Shown here in pieces: positions 22,010-31,863 of a DNA stretch of 64,000 bases. Source of the DNA: an uncultured Candidatus Rokubacteria bacterium (GTDB lineage Bacteria; Methylomirabilota; Methylomirabilia; Rokubacteriales; CSP1-6); the NCBI GenBank assembly GCA_963758635.1, contig CAVWWD010000003.1, positions 992,001 to 1,056,000 of the forward strand, in the 5' to 3' direction. The notes below the pieces were generated by a model. It ran no database searches, was not told the DNA's origin, and saw nothing but the letters and a program-made list of their open reading frames with translations. How positions within the stretch are numbered: the first letter of the stretch is position 1; every line of letters begins with the position of its first letter. The translations under genes and the position numbers were made by a program.

Positions 22010-22579
22010 TCAGCGGCGCCGGGGCGGCGCGACGGAGAGCCTGAGCGCGGGCACGGCCGTCCGGAGCATCTCCCCGATCGTCGGGACGATCGCCCGCGAA
22101 CGGGGCCCATCCACGGGGCCCGCCGCCGGGGCGGCTCGCGAGCGCGTGCGCCAGGTCGGCCGCGCGCACGCGGGTGACGACGCCGTCGAGCGAGCGGAAG
22201 CGGACCGTCAGCCCCGCGTCCAGCACGAAGGTGGCGGGCCGGGCGATGCCGCCTTTCTCCGCGGGATCGAACAGGCCCCACGCGCGCACGAGCTGCGCCT
22301 CGGGGTCGCAGAGCAGCGGGAAGGGCAGGCCATACCGCCGCCGAACCTCCTCGGCTCGCCCGGGCTCGTCCACCGAGACAGCGGCGATGCCGATGCCGGC
22401 CGCGGCCATCTCGGCGTGGTGCTCGCCGAGCTCCGCCAACTGGCGGAGGCAGAAGGGTCACCAGTGGCCGCGGAAGAAGACCAGCAGGAGACCCGGCTGG
22501 CCGAGCGTCGAGAGGGGCCGAGGATGCCTTCGGAGTCCCTCGGCGCCGCGTCCTCGACGGTGTCCCCCACCTCCGGCAC
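22010..22579 (-). CDS. AhpC/TSA peroxiredoxin-like selenoprotein (UxxC), with probable indel errors
   Basis: LLLVFFRGHW-TGA-PFCLRQL, AVSVD, FPLLCD, ARPATFVLD; GTG start after GGAGAG; frameshift near 22528 and in the C-terminal tail. Confidence 0.8.
22431..22448 (-). promoter_or_regulatory. Bacterial SECIS-like hairpin
   Basis: mRNA CUCCGCC-AGUU-GGCGGAG; loop starts 16 nt after the UGA, with GU in the apical loop. Confidence 0.75.
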
Positions 22580-22613
22580 GCCGGCGGCTCTCCATGCCGG
22601 ACGCGGGGGCGCC

Positions 22614-22826
22614 TCACTCCATGCGGGAGCCGCCGGGGCCGCGGAGGCCGACCACGTTTTCGTGCGATCCGTTCCCGGGAAGCGCACGCATCGGCACCGG
22701 GACCCAGACTTCTCGGCTGAAGTTGTACTCGAAGACCGCGCCGTCGGGCGTCAATCCGTAGAGGACGGCGCCTTTCGGAGTCGAGGCCGTCGCTATCTGC
22801 GCGAAGCTGATCGTCTCGCTTGCCAA
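22614..22826 (-). CDS. Small hypothetical protein (70 aa)
   Basis: TTG start after CAGGAGG; MASETISFAQIATASTPKGAVLYGLTPDGAVFEYNF. Confidence 0.6.
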   Translation of the reverse strand: MASETISFAQIATASTPKGAVLYGLTPDGAVFEYNFSREVWVPVPMRALPGNGSHENVVGLRGPGGSRME

Positions 22827-22979
22827 GGTACCCTCCTGGAGGAATCCGAGGACACTCGTCAGGCACGTGGAGTCGGCGGGGTTGGAGACAAGAAAAGCGT
22901 ACCGCCGACGACCCGGCGGCGCCATCACTTGCGCGGCTCGATGTCCCACGCCCGGACGCGCGCCGGCGCCCTGACCGCC

Positions 22980-23972
22980 TCACCGCGCCTCCGACCTGAA
23001 CGCGTGGAACGCGGCGCCCAGCCGCAGGAGATCCGACACGCCCGCCCGTTGCGCCGGGTCCACGTGCCCCAGCGCGCCCACGATGACCCCGCGCGCCGGT
23101 CGTCCCGCCCGCCGCGAAGCCTCGAGGAGCCGGAGCGCCTCCGTGTAGGGCACCGCCGGGTCGTCGCGCCCGTGGACCACGTAGAGGCGGGCGCGGAGCT
23201 CGCCGAGGCGGCCGCCGGGCGAGAGCTCGTCGAGCAGACGCTTCGTCGACGACGGCAGCGCGTCGAGCAGGGCGTCCACGGCCTCGGGATCGCGGTTGTC
23301 CAGGAGGCGCTGCGCGCCCGCGTCGAGCAGCTCGACGTTGGCGCGCGCGAACCGGCCGACGGCGTCACGATCCGTCTCGCGCCGGCCCACGACCTCTCCG
23401 AACCGGTACGCCCCGGTCAGCGCGTAGCGCAGCAGCTCGCGCGCCGAGGCGTAGCCCCCGAGGAGGAGCACGGCGGTCACGTCGCCGGCGATCCCGGGCT
23501 CCGCGGCGGCGAGGAGGGCGGGCCCGCCGCCGACGCTCACCGCCAGGATGGACACCGGCGTGTGTCCGGCGTCGCGCAGCGCGATGACGGCCCGGCGCAC
23601 CGTGCCGGCGTCCTCCGGCCTCAGGCGGAGCCGGGTGAGCCCGTCGACGGTCGGCACCGCCACCGCCCATCCCGTCCGCGCCAGGAGGATCGCCGCGCTG
23701 ACCAGCGACGGCTCGTCCTTGCCGCGGGGCGCCAGCCCGTGCACGAGCACGAGACCGGGCGGCGGGACCACGCGACGGGGGACGTGGAGATCGACGCCGG
23801 CCGCGAGCGGCCGCGTCGCCGGCGCCTCGGTCAGGACCGACAGCACGGGCCAGCGGCCCGCGGAGAGGAACTCGGTGAGGAAGGCGGCGGTGGTCGCGGC
23901 GCTCCAGGCCCCGTCGAGCACGGGCGCGCAGAGGACAAATGCGACGAGCAGCCAGGCGAGCCGGGCGCCCAC
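22980..23972 (-). CDS. Alpha/beta-hydrolase fold protein with N-terminal signal/anchor
   Basis: LVLVHG, AVSVGG nucleophile elbow, HGRDDPAVP, LGH. Confidence 0.7.
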   Translation of the reverse strand: MGARLAWLLVAFVLCAPVLDGAWSAATTAAFLTEFLSAGRWPVLSVLTEAPATRPLAAGVDLHVPRRVVPPPGLVLVHGLAPRGKDEPSLVSAAILLARTGWAVAVPTVDGLTRLRLRPEDAGTVRRAVIALRDAGHTPVSILAVSVGGGPALLAAAEPGIAGDVTAVLLLGGYASARELLRYALTGAYRFGEVVGRRETDRDAVGRFARANVELLDAGAQRLLDNRDPEAVDALLDALPSSTKRLLDELSPGGRLGELRARLYVVHGRDDPAVPYTEALRLLEASRRAGRPARGVIVGALGHVDPAQRAGVSDLLRLGAAFHAFRSEAR

Positions 23973-23994
23973 AGGGGCGTCCGCCCGCGGCCGG

Positions 23995-24624
23995 CTACTT
24001 ACGGTTGACGCACTTGATGAGGCGCCAGCCGTTGAAGAGGTTGACCTTGGTGGAGAACTCCGGCGTCAGCCCCACGCGCTTCAGGAGCGGCTCCAGCGGC
24101 AGGTTCGACTTCCATCCGAGCCGCGTGCACACCGGCGCCACCAGGTCCTCGATGCGCCCCACCACGCGCCGCTCGCTGCGGAAGTGGTTGAGAACGACGA
24201 TGCTGCCCCCCGGCTTGACCACGCGCCGCATCTCGCGCAGCACGCTCACGGGATCCGGCACCGCGCTGATCGTATACGTGGCCACCGAGGAGTCGAACTC
24301 GTTGTCGTCGAACTCCATCACGGTGGCGTCCATGGCGCGGAGGGACACGTTGGTGAGCCCCAGCTCGGCCACCTTGTCGTAGGCCTTCCTGAGCATCTCC
24401 TCGGACAGGTCGATCCCGGTGAGCCGACAGCGCGCGGGGTAGATGGGCAGGTTGAGTCCGGTGCCGATGCCCACCTCGAGCACGTGATGGCCGGGCTCGA
24501 TGCCGAGGGCCCGAATGGCCGCCTCCCGACCCGGATGGAAGATCCAGTCGAACACCAGGTCGTAGGCCGGGGCGTACAGCTTGTACGCTCGCTTCACCTG
24601 CCTCTTCTCCAGTGCGACGTCCAC
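23995..24624 (-). CDS. pmtA: Class I SAM methyltransferase, PmtA-like phospholipid N-methyltransferase
   Basis: AYKLYAPAYDLVF, VLEVGIGTGL, GIDLSEEML, VLNHF; RBS GAGGAGG. Confidence 0.75.
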   Translation of the reverse strand: MDVALEKRQVKRAYKLYAPAYDLVFDWIFHPGREAAIRALGIEPGHHVLEVGIGTGLNLPIYPARCRLTGIDLSEEMLRKAYDKVAELGLTNVSLRAMDATVMEFDDNEFDSSVATYTISAVPDPVSVLREMRRVVKPGGSIVVLNHFRSERRVVGRIEDLVAPVCTRLGWKSNLPLEPLLKRVGLTPEFSTKVNLFNGWRLIKCVNRK

Positions 24625-24787
24625 CCTTGGCGTCCTCCTCGCTTCCCGTGGCTTCATGAAGAGTTCCTGGTGAGGTTCGGGCCTAGCGGCCGCAGTAATA
24701 ACACACCCTTCGCGGGCTTGCCAAGAGTGCGATTTCCCCCTGTCGGGCAAGGAGATAGCCGGCAACCGAGACCGAGGCACGGCAGTG

Positions 24788-26167
24788 TCACGACCGGCCG
24801 TTCGGGCCCAGGGCCCGGAGGAAGCGCCGCATGATCCGGGCCGCCGACCGCCGGCTCGACCGGGTCTCCTCGCCGCCCCGGAGGAGGCGCTCGAGGGGGA
24901 TCACGGCCTTGGCCATCGTGCGGTGGCCTCCCGCCGACCCCACGTCACCGAACGCGGCTCGCACCACGTCGCCCGCGCTCTTGACGTAGCCGACGTTCCG
25001 TACCGAGATGTGGACCTCGTCGTCGACGACGCCCGAGACCACCGACCACTCGACGCCCTCCGCCTGGAGCCCGAAGTCGGCGAACTGCGGGATCTGGTCC
25101 ACGGTGGCCACGTGCCCCAGGTGGGAGAAGAAGACGCCGCGCACGATCCGGCGCCGGGCCAGGCCCTGGGCGAGCGCGTCGAGGGCGGACTCGGACAGCT
25201 CGGGGCGCTCGATCCGCCGCATCGCGTTGTGGTTCGCCAGGAGGTAGAGGAACGAGAAGGCCTCCAGGTCGGCGCGGGTGCCGCCGCGCTCCAGGCCCAG
25301 CGTGTCGGACTTGATCCCGTAGAGGAGCGCGGTGGCCACGCGCTGGGTGATCTTGGCGTCGGCGGCGCGGAGGTATTCGACGAGGATCGTCGAGGTGGCG
25401 CCGTAGGACGGACGGACGTCCTTGATGCGGGCCCGGACGGGGCGCTCGACCGGATGGTGGTCGATGACGAGGTCGACCTCCTCGAAGCGGAGCTCCTCGA
25501 GGAACGACGGCTGCACGTCCACCATGGCGACGCGGTCGAACTCCGCCAGCGCGGCGGCGGAGATCGATGCCACCTCGATGTCGAGGATCTTGCACATCGC
25601 CAGGTTCTCCGGCCGGGTGATGGTGCCGAAGGTGCAGAGCGGCGCCGACGTGCGCGGCCGGCCGAGGAGGATCCGGAGGGCGAGGGCGGAGGCGATCGCG
25701 TCGGGATCGGGGTCGTCCTGCATCAGGATGAGGATGCGCTCGGCGCCCTCGAAGTGGGCCCGGATCCGGTCGACCTTGGCCCGGGTGAGGGCCCGCTCCA
25801 GCGCGGGCCGCACCATCTGCTCGCCGAAGTCGCCGAGCCCGACGTTGGTCACGCCGGGGAGGGGGTGCTCGTCGTCCGTCACCGCGAGGACGGGCACGTC
25901 GGGAAGGGCGCCGGACACGACCTCGGCGATGCGGGGCAGCTGCCGCGGGGGCGCGCCGACGATGAGCGGGCCGCGGTGGGCGCGCAGGGCGTGCTGGTAC
26001 GCCTCCGGGTCGTCGAGGCTGCCCGTCACCACGTGATGGTCCCGCCGGGCGATGCGGCCGCGGAGGCTGGCGCGCTCGACCAGGTATACCGGCGCCTCTC
26101 CGGGCAGGTCGAGTCCACCCACCAGGTGCTCGAGAAGATCGACGGGGCAGAGGAGCACGTACCGCAT
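24788..26167 (-). CDS. DHH/DHHA1 phosphoesterase with an N-terminal Rossmann-like segment
   Basis: DPDPDAIAS, IDHH, GIKSDT, SAGGH. Confidence 0.85.
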   Translation of the reverse strand: MRYVLLCPVDLLEHLVGGLDLPGEAPVYLVERASLRGRIARRDHHVVTGSLDDPEAYQHALRAHRGPLIVGAPPRQLPRIAEVVSGALPDVPVLAVTDDEHPLPGVTNVGLGDFGEQMVRPALERALTRAKVDRIRAHFEGAERILILMQDDPDPDAIASALALRILLGRPRTSAPLCTFGTITRPENLAMCKILDIEVASISAAALAEFDRVAMVDVQPSFLEELRFEEVDLVIDHHPVERPVRARIKDVRPSYGATSTILVEYLRAADAKITQRVATALLYGIKSDTLGLERGGTRADLEAFSFLYLLANHNAMRRIERPELSESALDALAQGLARRRIVRGVFFSHLGHVATVDQIPQFADFGLQAEGVEWSVVSGVVDDEVHISVRNVGYVKSAGDVVRAAFGDVGSAGGHRTMAKAVIPLERLLRGGEETRSSRRSAARIMRRFLRALGPNGRS

Positions 26168-26397
26168 CAGGCGCGTCCCCGGTACCCGACGGACGCAACG
26201 CTCATTGTCGATCGGCTCGGGAGTTCGGCCAAGCGAAATCTCATGGTGCCCGGTCGCCGCCGCGTCCGGCGGCCCGCACGGCGCTCCGATGTTTCTACTC
26301 CAGGCGGCGGGCGTCGGCAAGCGCCGGGTGCGCTTGGCGCCGCGGAGCGTTCCGCCGTCGGCGGGACCCGGGCTTCCTGCTACTCTACCGTCCGGCA

Positions 26398-28341
26398 ATG
26401 AGCGATCCCGTCGTCTTCCGAGATCTCGCGCTCGTCCTCGCGGCCGCCGTCGGCGGCGGAGCCCTCGCATGGTGGGCGCACCAGCCCCTTATCCTGGGCT
26501 ACGTCTTCGGCGGGCTCCTCATCAGCCCGCTGACGCCGGGTGTGTCGATCTCCGACCCGCGAACGTTCGACCTCTTCGCGGAGGTCGGTGTGGTGCTCCT
26601 CATGTTCTCGGTGGGCATCGAGTTCTCGGTGCGGGACCTCCTCCGCGTCCGCACGGTGGCGCTCCTCGGGGGCCCGCTGGGGATGATCGCGTGCGCGGGG
26701 CTTGGCCTCGGCACCGCCTTCGTGCTCGGCTGGCCACCCCTGCAGGGCGTGATCGTCGGGCTCGTCACCTCGGTGGCGAGCACCATGGTGCTGACGCGGC
26801 TGCTCCTCGACCGGGGCGAGCTGCACTCCCGCCACGGGCGGGTGATGATGGGCATCAGCCTCGTCGAGGACCTCGGCGTCGTGGTCCTGATCGTGCTGAT
26901 CCCCGCCCTCGGCGCCCTCGAGCCCGGCCGCCTCCTCGCGATCGGCCTCGCCCTCGGCAAGGCCCTGGTGATCCTCGCGCCGTTCGCGTTCCTCGTCGCC
27001 AAGGGCATCCCGCCGCTGATGTCGCGGATCGCGCGCACGCACAACGAGGAGCTGTTCCTGCTCGTGGCCCTGGCCATCGCGCTCGGCACCGCGGCGCTCA
27101 CCCAGGCCGTCGGGCTGTCCCTGGCCCTGGGCGCGTTCCTCGCCGGCCTCATCATCAGCGAGTCCGACTACGCTCACGAGACGCTCGCGCGCATGCTCCC
27201 GCTCCGCGAACTGTTCGGCGCGCTGTTCTTCGTGACCGTGGGCGCCCTCATCGACCCGCGGGTCCTCGTCCACAGCCTCCCCACGCTGGTGGCGATCGTC
27301 TTCCTCGTGGTGGTCGGCAAGGCGCTGGTGCGCACGGCGATCGTGCGCGTCTTCGGCGAGTCCTGGGCCAACGCGGTGCTGGTGGGGATCGGGCTCGCCC
27401 AGATCGGCGAGTTCTCATTCGTGCTCGTGCAGGTGGCCCGGACGGCCGGGCACGTGGGCGACGAGATCTACAACGCCACCCTCGCCGCGTCGCTGTTCAC
27501 CATCCTCCTGAACGCGCTCCTCACCCGCGAGGCCCCTCGCTGGCTCCTGCGCGCCCAGGTGGCGGCGGCCGAGCCCCAGGGCCTGGCGCGCCCCACCGAG
27601 TGGGTGCGCGGCCACGTCGTCCTGTGCGGGTTCGGGCGAGTGGGCAGCGCGGTCGGCGAGGCGCTCGAGACGTTCAACATTCGGTTCGTGGTCATCGAGC
27701 TGGACCCGGACATCGTCAAGGGGCTCAACGCGCGCAGGGTGCCGTGCATGTTCGGCGACGCCGCCAACCGGCGGCTGCTCGAGCGCGCGGGCGTCGATCG
27801 CGCGGACCTGGTCGTGGTGACGCTGCCCGAGTTCGATCGGACGCGCCGGGTGGTGCGCGAGGTCCGCCAGCTGAACGCGACGGCGCCGCTCCTGGTCCGC
27901 GCCCACCACGCCTCCGCGATCGAGGACCTCGTGCAAGGCGGGGCGAGCGAGGTCATCCAGCCGGAGATGGAGGCGGCGGCCACGCTGATCCGTCACGCGC
28001 TGCGGCGGCTGTCGCTGCCCCACGACCCCGTGATCGCCTACCTCGAGCGGTTCCGCGCCACCCTCGAGCCATCGCGGCCGCCGACCGCCGCCGCCGGCGA
28101 CGACCTGCCCCGCGTCGCCGAGGTGCGCGTCGAGCGTGGCGCGCTCGCCGACCAGTCACTGCGGGAGGGGCGCATCCGCGAACGGCTCGGCGTCACCGTG
28201 GTGGCGATCGTCCATCCGGACGGCGACCTGGTCGTGAATCCTGACGCCGAGGCGATCATGCGGCCGGGTGACGTGGTCCGCGTGTTCGGCCTGCCCGCGC
28301 AGATCGAGGCCTTCCGCCGCGAGGCTGCGACTGCAGTGTGA
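26398..28341 (+). CDS. CPA2 cation:proton antiporter (KefC/YbaL-like) with TrkA_N and TrkA_C domains
   Basis: GIEFS, EDL, GAFLAG, QIGEFSF, CGFGRVG, C-terminal RCK_C. Confidence 0.92.
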   Translation: MSDPVVFRDLALVLAAAVGGGALAWWAHQPLILGYVFGGLLISPLTPGVSISDPRTFDLFAEVGVVLLMFSVGIEFSVRDLLRVRTVALLGGPLGMIACAGLGLGTAFVLGWPPLQGVIVGLVTSVASTMVLTRLLLDRGELHSRHGRVMMGISLVEDLGVVVLIVLIPALGALEPGRLLAIGLALGKALVILAPFAFLVAKGIPPLMSRIARTHNEELFLLVALAIALGTAALTQAVGLSLALGAFLAGLIISESDYAHETLARMLPLRELFGALFFVTVGALIDPRVLVHSLPTLVAIVFLVVVGKALVRTAIVRVFGESWANAVLVGIGLAQIGEFSFVLVQVARTAGHVGDEIYNATLAASLFTILLNALLTREAPRWLLRAQVAAAEPQGLARPTEWVRGHVVLCGFGRVGSAVGEALETFNIRFVVIELDPDIVKGLNARRVPCMFGDAANRRLLERAGVDRADLVVVTLPEFDRTRRVVREVRQLNATAPLLVRAHHASAIEDLVQGGASEVIQPEMEAAATLIRHALRRLSLPHDPVIAYLERFRATLEPSRPPTAAAGDDLPRVAEVRVERGALADQSLREGRIRERLGVTVVAIVHPDGDLVVNPDAEAIMRPGDVVRVFGLPAQIEAFRREAATAV

Positions 28342-28348
28342 GCCGAGC

Positions 28349-28480
28349 CAAAGGCGAGGCGAACGTATATGGAAATGCAGTGGAAACGACCGCAGCGGCG
28401 CTAGAGAGCAGACGCAAAGGCAAGGCGAGCGTACATGCGAATGCAGTGGAAACAACCGCAGCGATCCTGGAGCGCAGACG
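28349..28480 (+). repeat. 66-bp tandem repeat, 2 copies
   Basis: Units 28349-28414 and 28415-28480 share CAAAGGC.AGGCGA.CGTA.ATG..AATGCAGTGGAAAC.ACCGCAGCG...GCAGACG. Confidence 0.85.
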
Positions 28481-28485
28481 CGCTC

Positions 28486-29328
28486 CTACAGCCGACCCGC
28501 CACTGACGCGACCGTCGTCCAGACCGCCAGCCCGAACGCCACCACGGTGACCAGCACGGTGAGCGCGGCGAGGACCCGGTCCGCGCCGCCCTCGCTCCGC
28601 CGCTCCGAGTAGCCGAGCGCGAAGCCGGCGGCGAACCCGCCCGCGAAGCCGCCGGCGTGGGCGAGGTTGTTCACGCCGGGCATCAGGAAGCCCATCACGA
28701 GCAGGATCAGGGTCCACTGCCAGTACTGGCGGAACACCGCCATCCCGTAGAGTCCCGCCGCGCCGCTGGCCGTACGCGACCATGGCGCCGAGCAGGCCGA
28801 ACACCGCGCCCGACGCCCCGATCGTCGGCGCGCCGCTGGCCCAGTTCGAGAGCAGGAAGCCGCCGACCCCGCCCGCCGTGAAGATCACGACGGCGCGCGC
28901 CCGCCCGTAGAGCTCCTCCACCGGCGGCGCGAGGTCGCGGATCCACAGCAGGTTGAAGGCGATGTGGAGCAGGCTCCCGTGGAGATAGATCGCGGTGAGA
29001 AGCGTCCACCACCGGCCCGTCTCGATGGCGTCGGCGCCCGTCATGCCGAGGGCGTAGAGGGCGCGGCCGCTCGGGGCCAGGATGTTGAAGACGCCGCGGG
29101 CCTGGAAGATCGCCCCGGGATCGAGGGCGAGCGACGCCACGTAGGCGACGACGCAGACCAGGGTGACGACGCGCGCGAGGTCGACGCCGCCGACCAGGCG
29201 CCCGAGGGTGGGCCCGAAGCCCCACAGCCCGGGGTTGCGGCGCCCGCAGTAGAAGCACACCGCGGCGTCCACGCGGTTCAGCTTGCCGCACGCGTAGCAG
29301 AGGCTCGAGCCCGACGTCTCCGGAACAT
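28486..29328 (-). CDS. Rhomboid intramembrane protease with N-terminal zinc ribbon (frameshifts near 29320 and 28750)
   Basis: CYACG...CFYCG, WWTLLT, HGSLLHIAFN, GASG, AHAGG. Confidence 0.88.
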
Positions 29329-29357
29329 CGCTCAGGGACGTCGTGCGAGGTGAGCCG

Positions 29358-29399
29358 AAGGCGAGCCGAGCGTACATGGAAATGCAGTGGAAACACCGC
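29358..29399 (+). repeat. Third (partial) copy of the 66-bp repeat
   Basis: AAGGCGAGCCGAGCGTACATGGAAATGCAGTGGAAACACCGC. Confidence 0.8.
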
Positions 29400-29413
29400 C
29401 GCCTCGGGGCCAC

Positions 29414-30647
29414 TCAAGACCCGTCGGGACGGGTGGGCAGCGGGCGCGTCGCGCTCGAGCCGCCGCGTCAGCTCGTCGAGATGGGCCACGAAGGCGCGGC
29501 GGCGCTCCGGCGGGATCGGCGCGCCGGGAACGTAGCGCTCGTCCAGGGGATTCACGAACTGGCCGTTGCGGCTCACGCGGTAGTCCAGGTGCGGGCCGGT
29601 CGCCAGGCCGGTGGCCCCGACGCGCCCGATCACGTCGCGCTGCCGCACGCGCTGGCCGCGGCTCACGTGCGCCGCGGAGAGGTGGTTGTACATGGTCTCG
29701 TAGCCGCGCGCGTGGCGGAGCGTCACGCTGATCCCGTTGCCGCCCGCCCACCCCGCGGCGACGACCGCGCCGTCGGCCACTGCCCGCACCGGCGTGCCGG
29801 AGGGGGCGCCGTAGTCGATCGCGAAGTGCGGCCGGACGCCGCCCAGGATCGGGTGCTGGCGCGCGTGGGAGAAGCCGGAGGTGATCCGCGTGAAGTCGAG
29901 CGGCGCGCGCAGGAACATCTTCCGCACCGACCGGCCGCCCGCGTCGAAGTACGCGGTCCGTCCCCCCTCGTCGCCGAAGGCCACGCCGGTCAGGGCCTCG
30001 CGCCCTGCCGGCACGAACTGCGCGATGTGGACGTCGCCGTAGCCCACGAACTGGCCGTTCGCGTAGCGCTTGTCCACGAGGAGCCGGAAGCCGTCGCCGG
30101 GCAGGGCGTCGGCCGCGAAGTCGAAGTCGAACTCGAACATCCGGACGAACGCCGCGGTGAGCCACGCGCCCTCGCCCTGCCGCTCCATGCTCGCGAACAG
30201 CGAGTCCTCGAGGCGCCCCGCCACCGCGGCCACGCGCGTCTCCACCGGGGTCAGCGTCGTCTCGGCCACCCATCGCTCGCCGTCCTTCGTGAGCTCGTGA
30301 CGCTCGAGCGGCGAGCGCCAGTACGTGACGCTCTCGAGCCCCCCGTTGCCGCCGCGCGCGACGAAGAGCCGCTCGCCCGGGCGGAGTCGTCGCATGTCCA
30401 CCGCGCCGCGGAGCGCGTCGACCATCTCACGCGCCTCGGCGCGCTCGACGCCGCCGCGGACCAGCGCCTGGTGGAGGGTCTCGCGCGGCGCCACGACCGT
30501 CTCCGTGACCGCGGGAAGGGCCGCCGCCGTCGCGGGCGGCTCGGGCATCCCGGGGGACGCTCCGGGATCGATGATTGGCGTGACGTGACCGCCCACGCTC
30601 ACGAGCAGCAGCATCAGCACGCCCAGGGCCGTGTGCACGCGCCACAT
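29414..30647 (-). CDS. M23 peptidoglycan DD-metalloendopeptidase
   Basis: HPILGGVRPHFAIDY, YNHLS, ATGPHLDY; the stop at 29414 needs one indel near 29445. Confidence 0.88.
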
Positions 30648-30789
30648 TCTCCGCACGATACCCCGAGATGCGACCTCGGCCAAGCGCGTCCGCGGGCGGC
30701 CGGCTCATGAGCCCCGCGCATCAGGTCGCGTCGCCGGCGGGCTCGGCGGCGGCTTGCTCGTCGCCTCCGCATCTGGTACGACGGACGGC

Positions 30790-31863
30790 GTGAGCGGCGA
30801 ATCCCGGGCCGTCGGCGTGCACCTGGTGGGCAGCGTCCCGCTGGCCGACGCGGAGTCCGTGTTCCGGGCGGTGAGCGACGCCGTGGGTCCCTACCTGCGC
30901 CGGCTTCCCGACGGAGAGACGGGCGAGCGGCGGCGCTGGATCTTCTTCCAGAGCGTGATGCTCGCGCGCCATCCCGCGATGGAGCCGGACCCCACGGTGG
31001 CGCGGTTCCCGCTGCGCCAGTGGGACGGCAAGCTCCTGCGCGAGATCGAGCTGCTCCGGTTCCGCCCGAGCGCCGACCCGGAGCATGTGACGTTCGAGAC
31101 GGGCTACGCCCCCGCCGCCGCGTCGTCCTACGAGGTCTTCCGCCGGCTCCGGGCGGACGCCGTCATCCCCGCGGGGACACGCCTGCAGGTCTGCCTGCCC
31201 ACGCCGATGGCGAGCGCCTACATGTACGTGAGCCCGCACGCGCGCGCCGCGTACATGCCGGCGTACGAGCGCGCCCTCGCCCGCGACGTGCGGAGCATCG
31301 TCGCGACGATCCCCTCGGCCGACCTGGCCATCCAGTGGGACGTGTGTCAGGAGGTCCTCGTGGCGGAGGGATACTTCCCCGACCAGCCCGCGGATCACCG
31401 CGTCCAGATCGCGCGCGAGCTGGCCCGGCTCGGCGACCTCGTGCCCCCGGACGTGGAGATGGGCTATCACCTCTGCTACGGGTCGCCGGCCGACGAGCAC
31501 CTGGTGATGCCCCGCGACATGGCGCTCATGGTCGGGATGGCCAACGACCTCGGGGCCGCCCTCGCGCGGCGCATCGACTTCCTCCACATGCCGGTCCCGC
31601 GGGATCGGACGGATGCCGCGTACTTCGCGCCGCTCTCCGGGCTCGCGGGCGCGGGGACGTTCGAGCTGTACCTGGGCCTCGTCCACCACGCCGACGCCGA
31701 GGGCGACCGCGCGCGGATCGCCGCCGCGCGCACCGTCGTGGACGGGTTCGGCGTGTCCTCGGAGTGCGGGTGGGGGCGGACGGATCCGACGCGGGTGGCC
31801 GGGCTCCTGGAGAGCCACCGCCGCGCCGCGGAGATCGTGCGGACCGCCGCCATCCGCGGCTAG
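30790..31863 (+). CDS. Cobalamin-independent methionine synthase II-like (URO-D/MetE superfamily) protein
   Basis: HLVGSVP, PDGETGER, IQWD, HLCYG, ECGWGR. Confidence 0.65.
   Translation: MSGESRAVGVHLVGSVPLADAESVFRAVSDAVGPYLRRLPDGETGERRRWIFFQSVMLARHPAMEPDPTVARFPLRQWDGKLLREIELLRFRPSADPEHVTFETGYAPAAASSYEVFRRLRADAVIPAGTRLQVCLPTPMASAYMYVSPHARAAYMPAYERALARDVRSIVATIPSADLAIQWDVCQEVLVAEGYFPDQPADHRVQIARELARLGDLVPPDVEMGYHLCYGSPADEHLVMPRDMALMVGMANDLGAALARRIDFLHMPVPRDRTDAAYFAPLSGLAGAGTFELYLGLVHHADAEGDRARIAAARTVVDGFGVSSECGWGRTDPTRVAGLLESHRRAAEIVRTAAIRG

Noticed and set aside
28349..28480. Possible CRISPR array
   Set aside because: Only two tandem units, similar along their whole length, with no unique spacers and no cas genes
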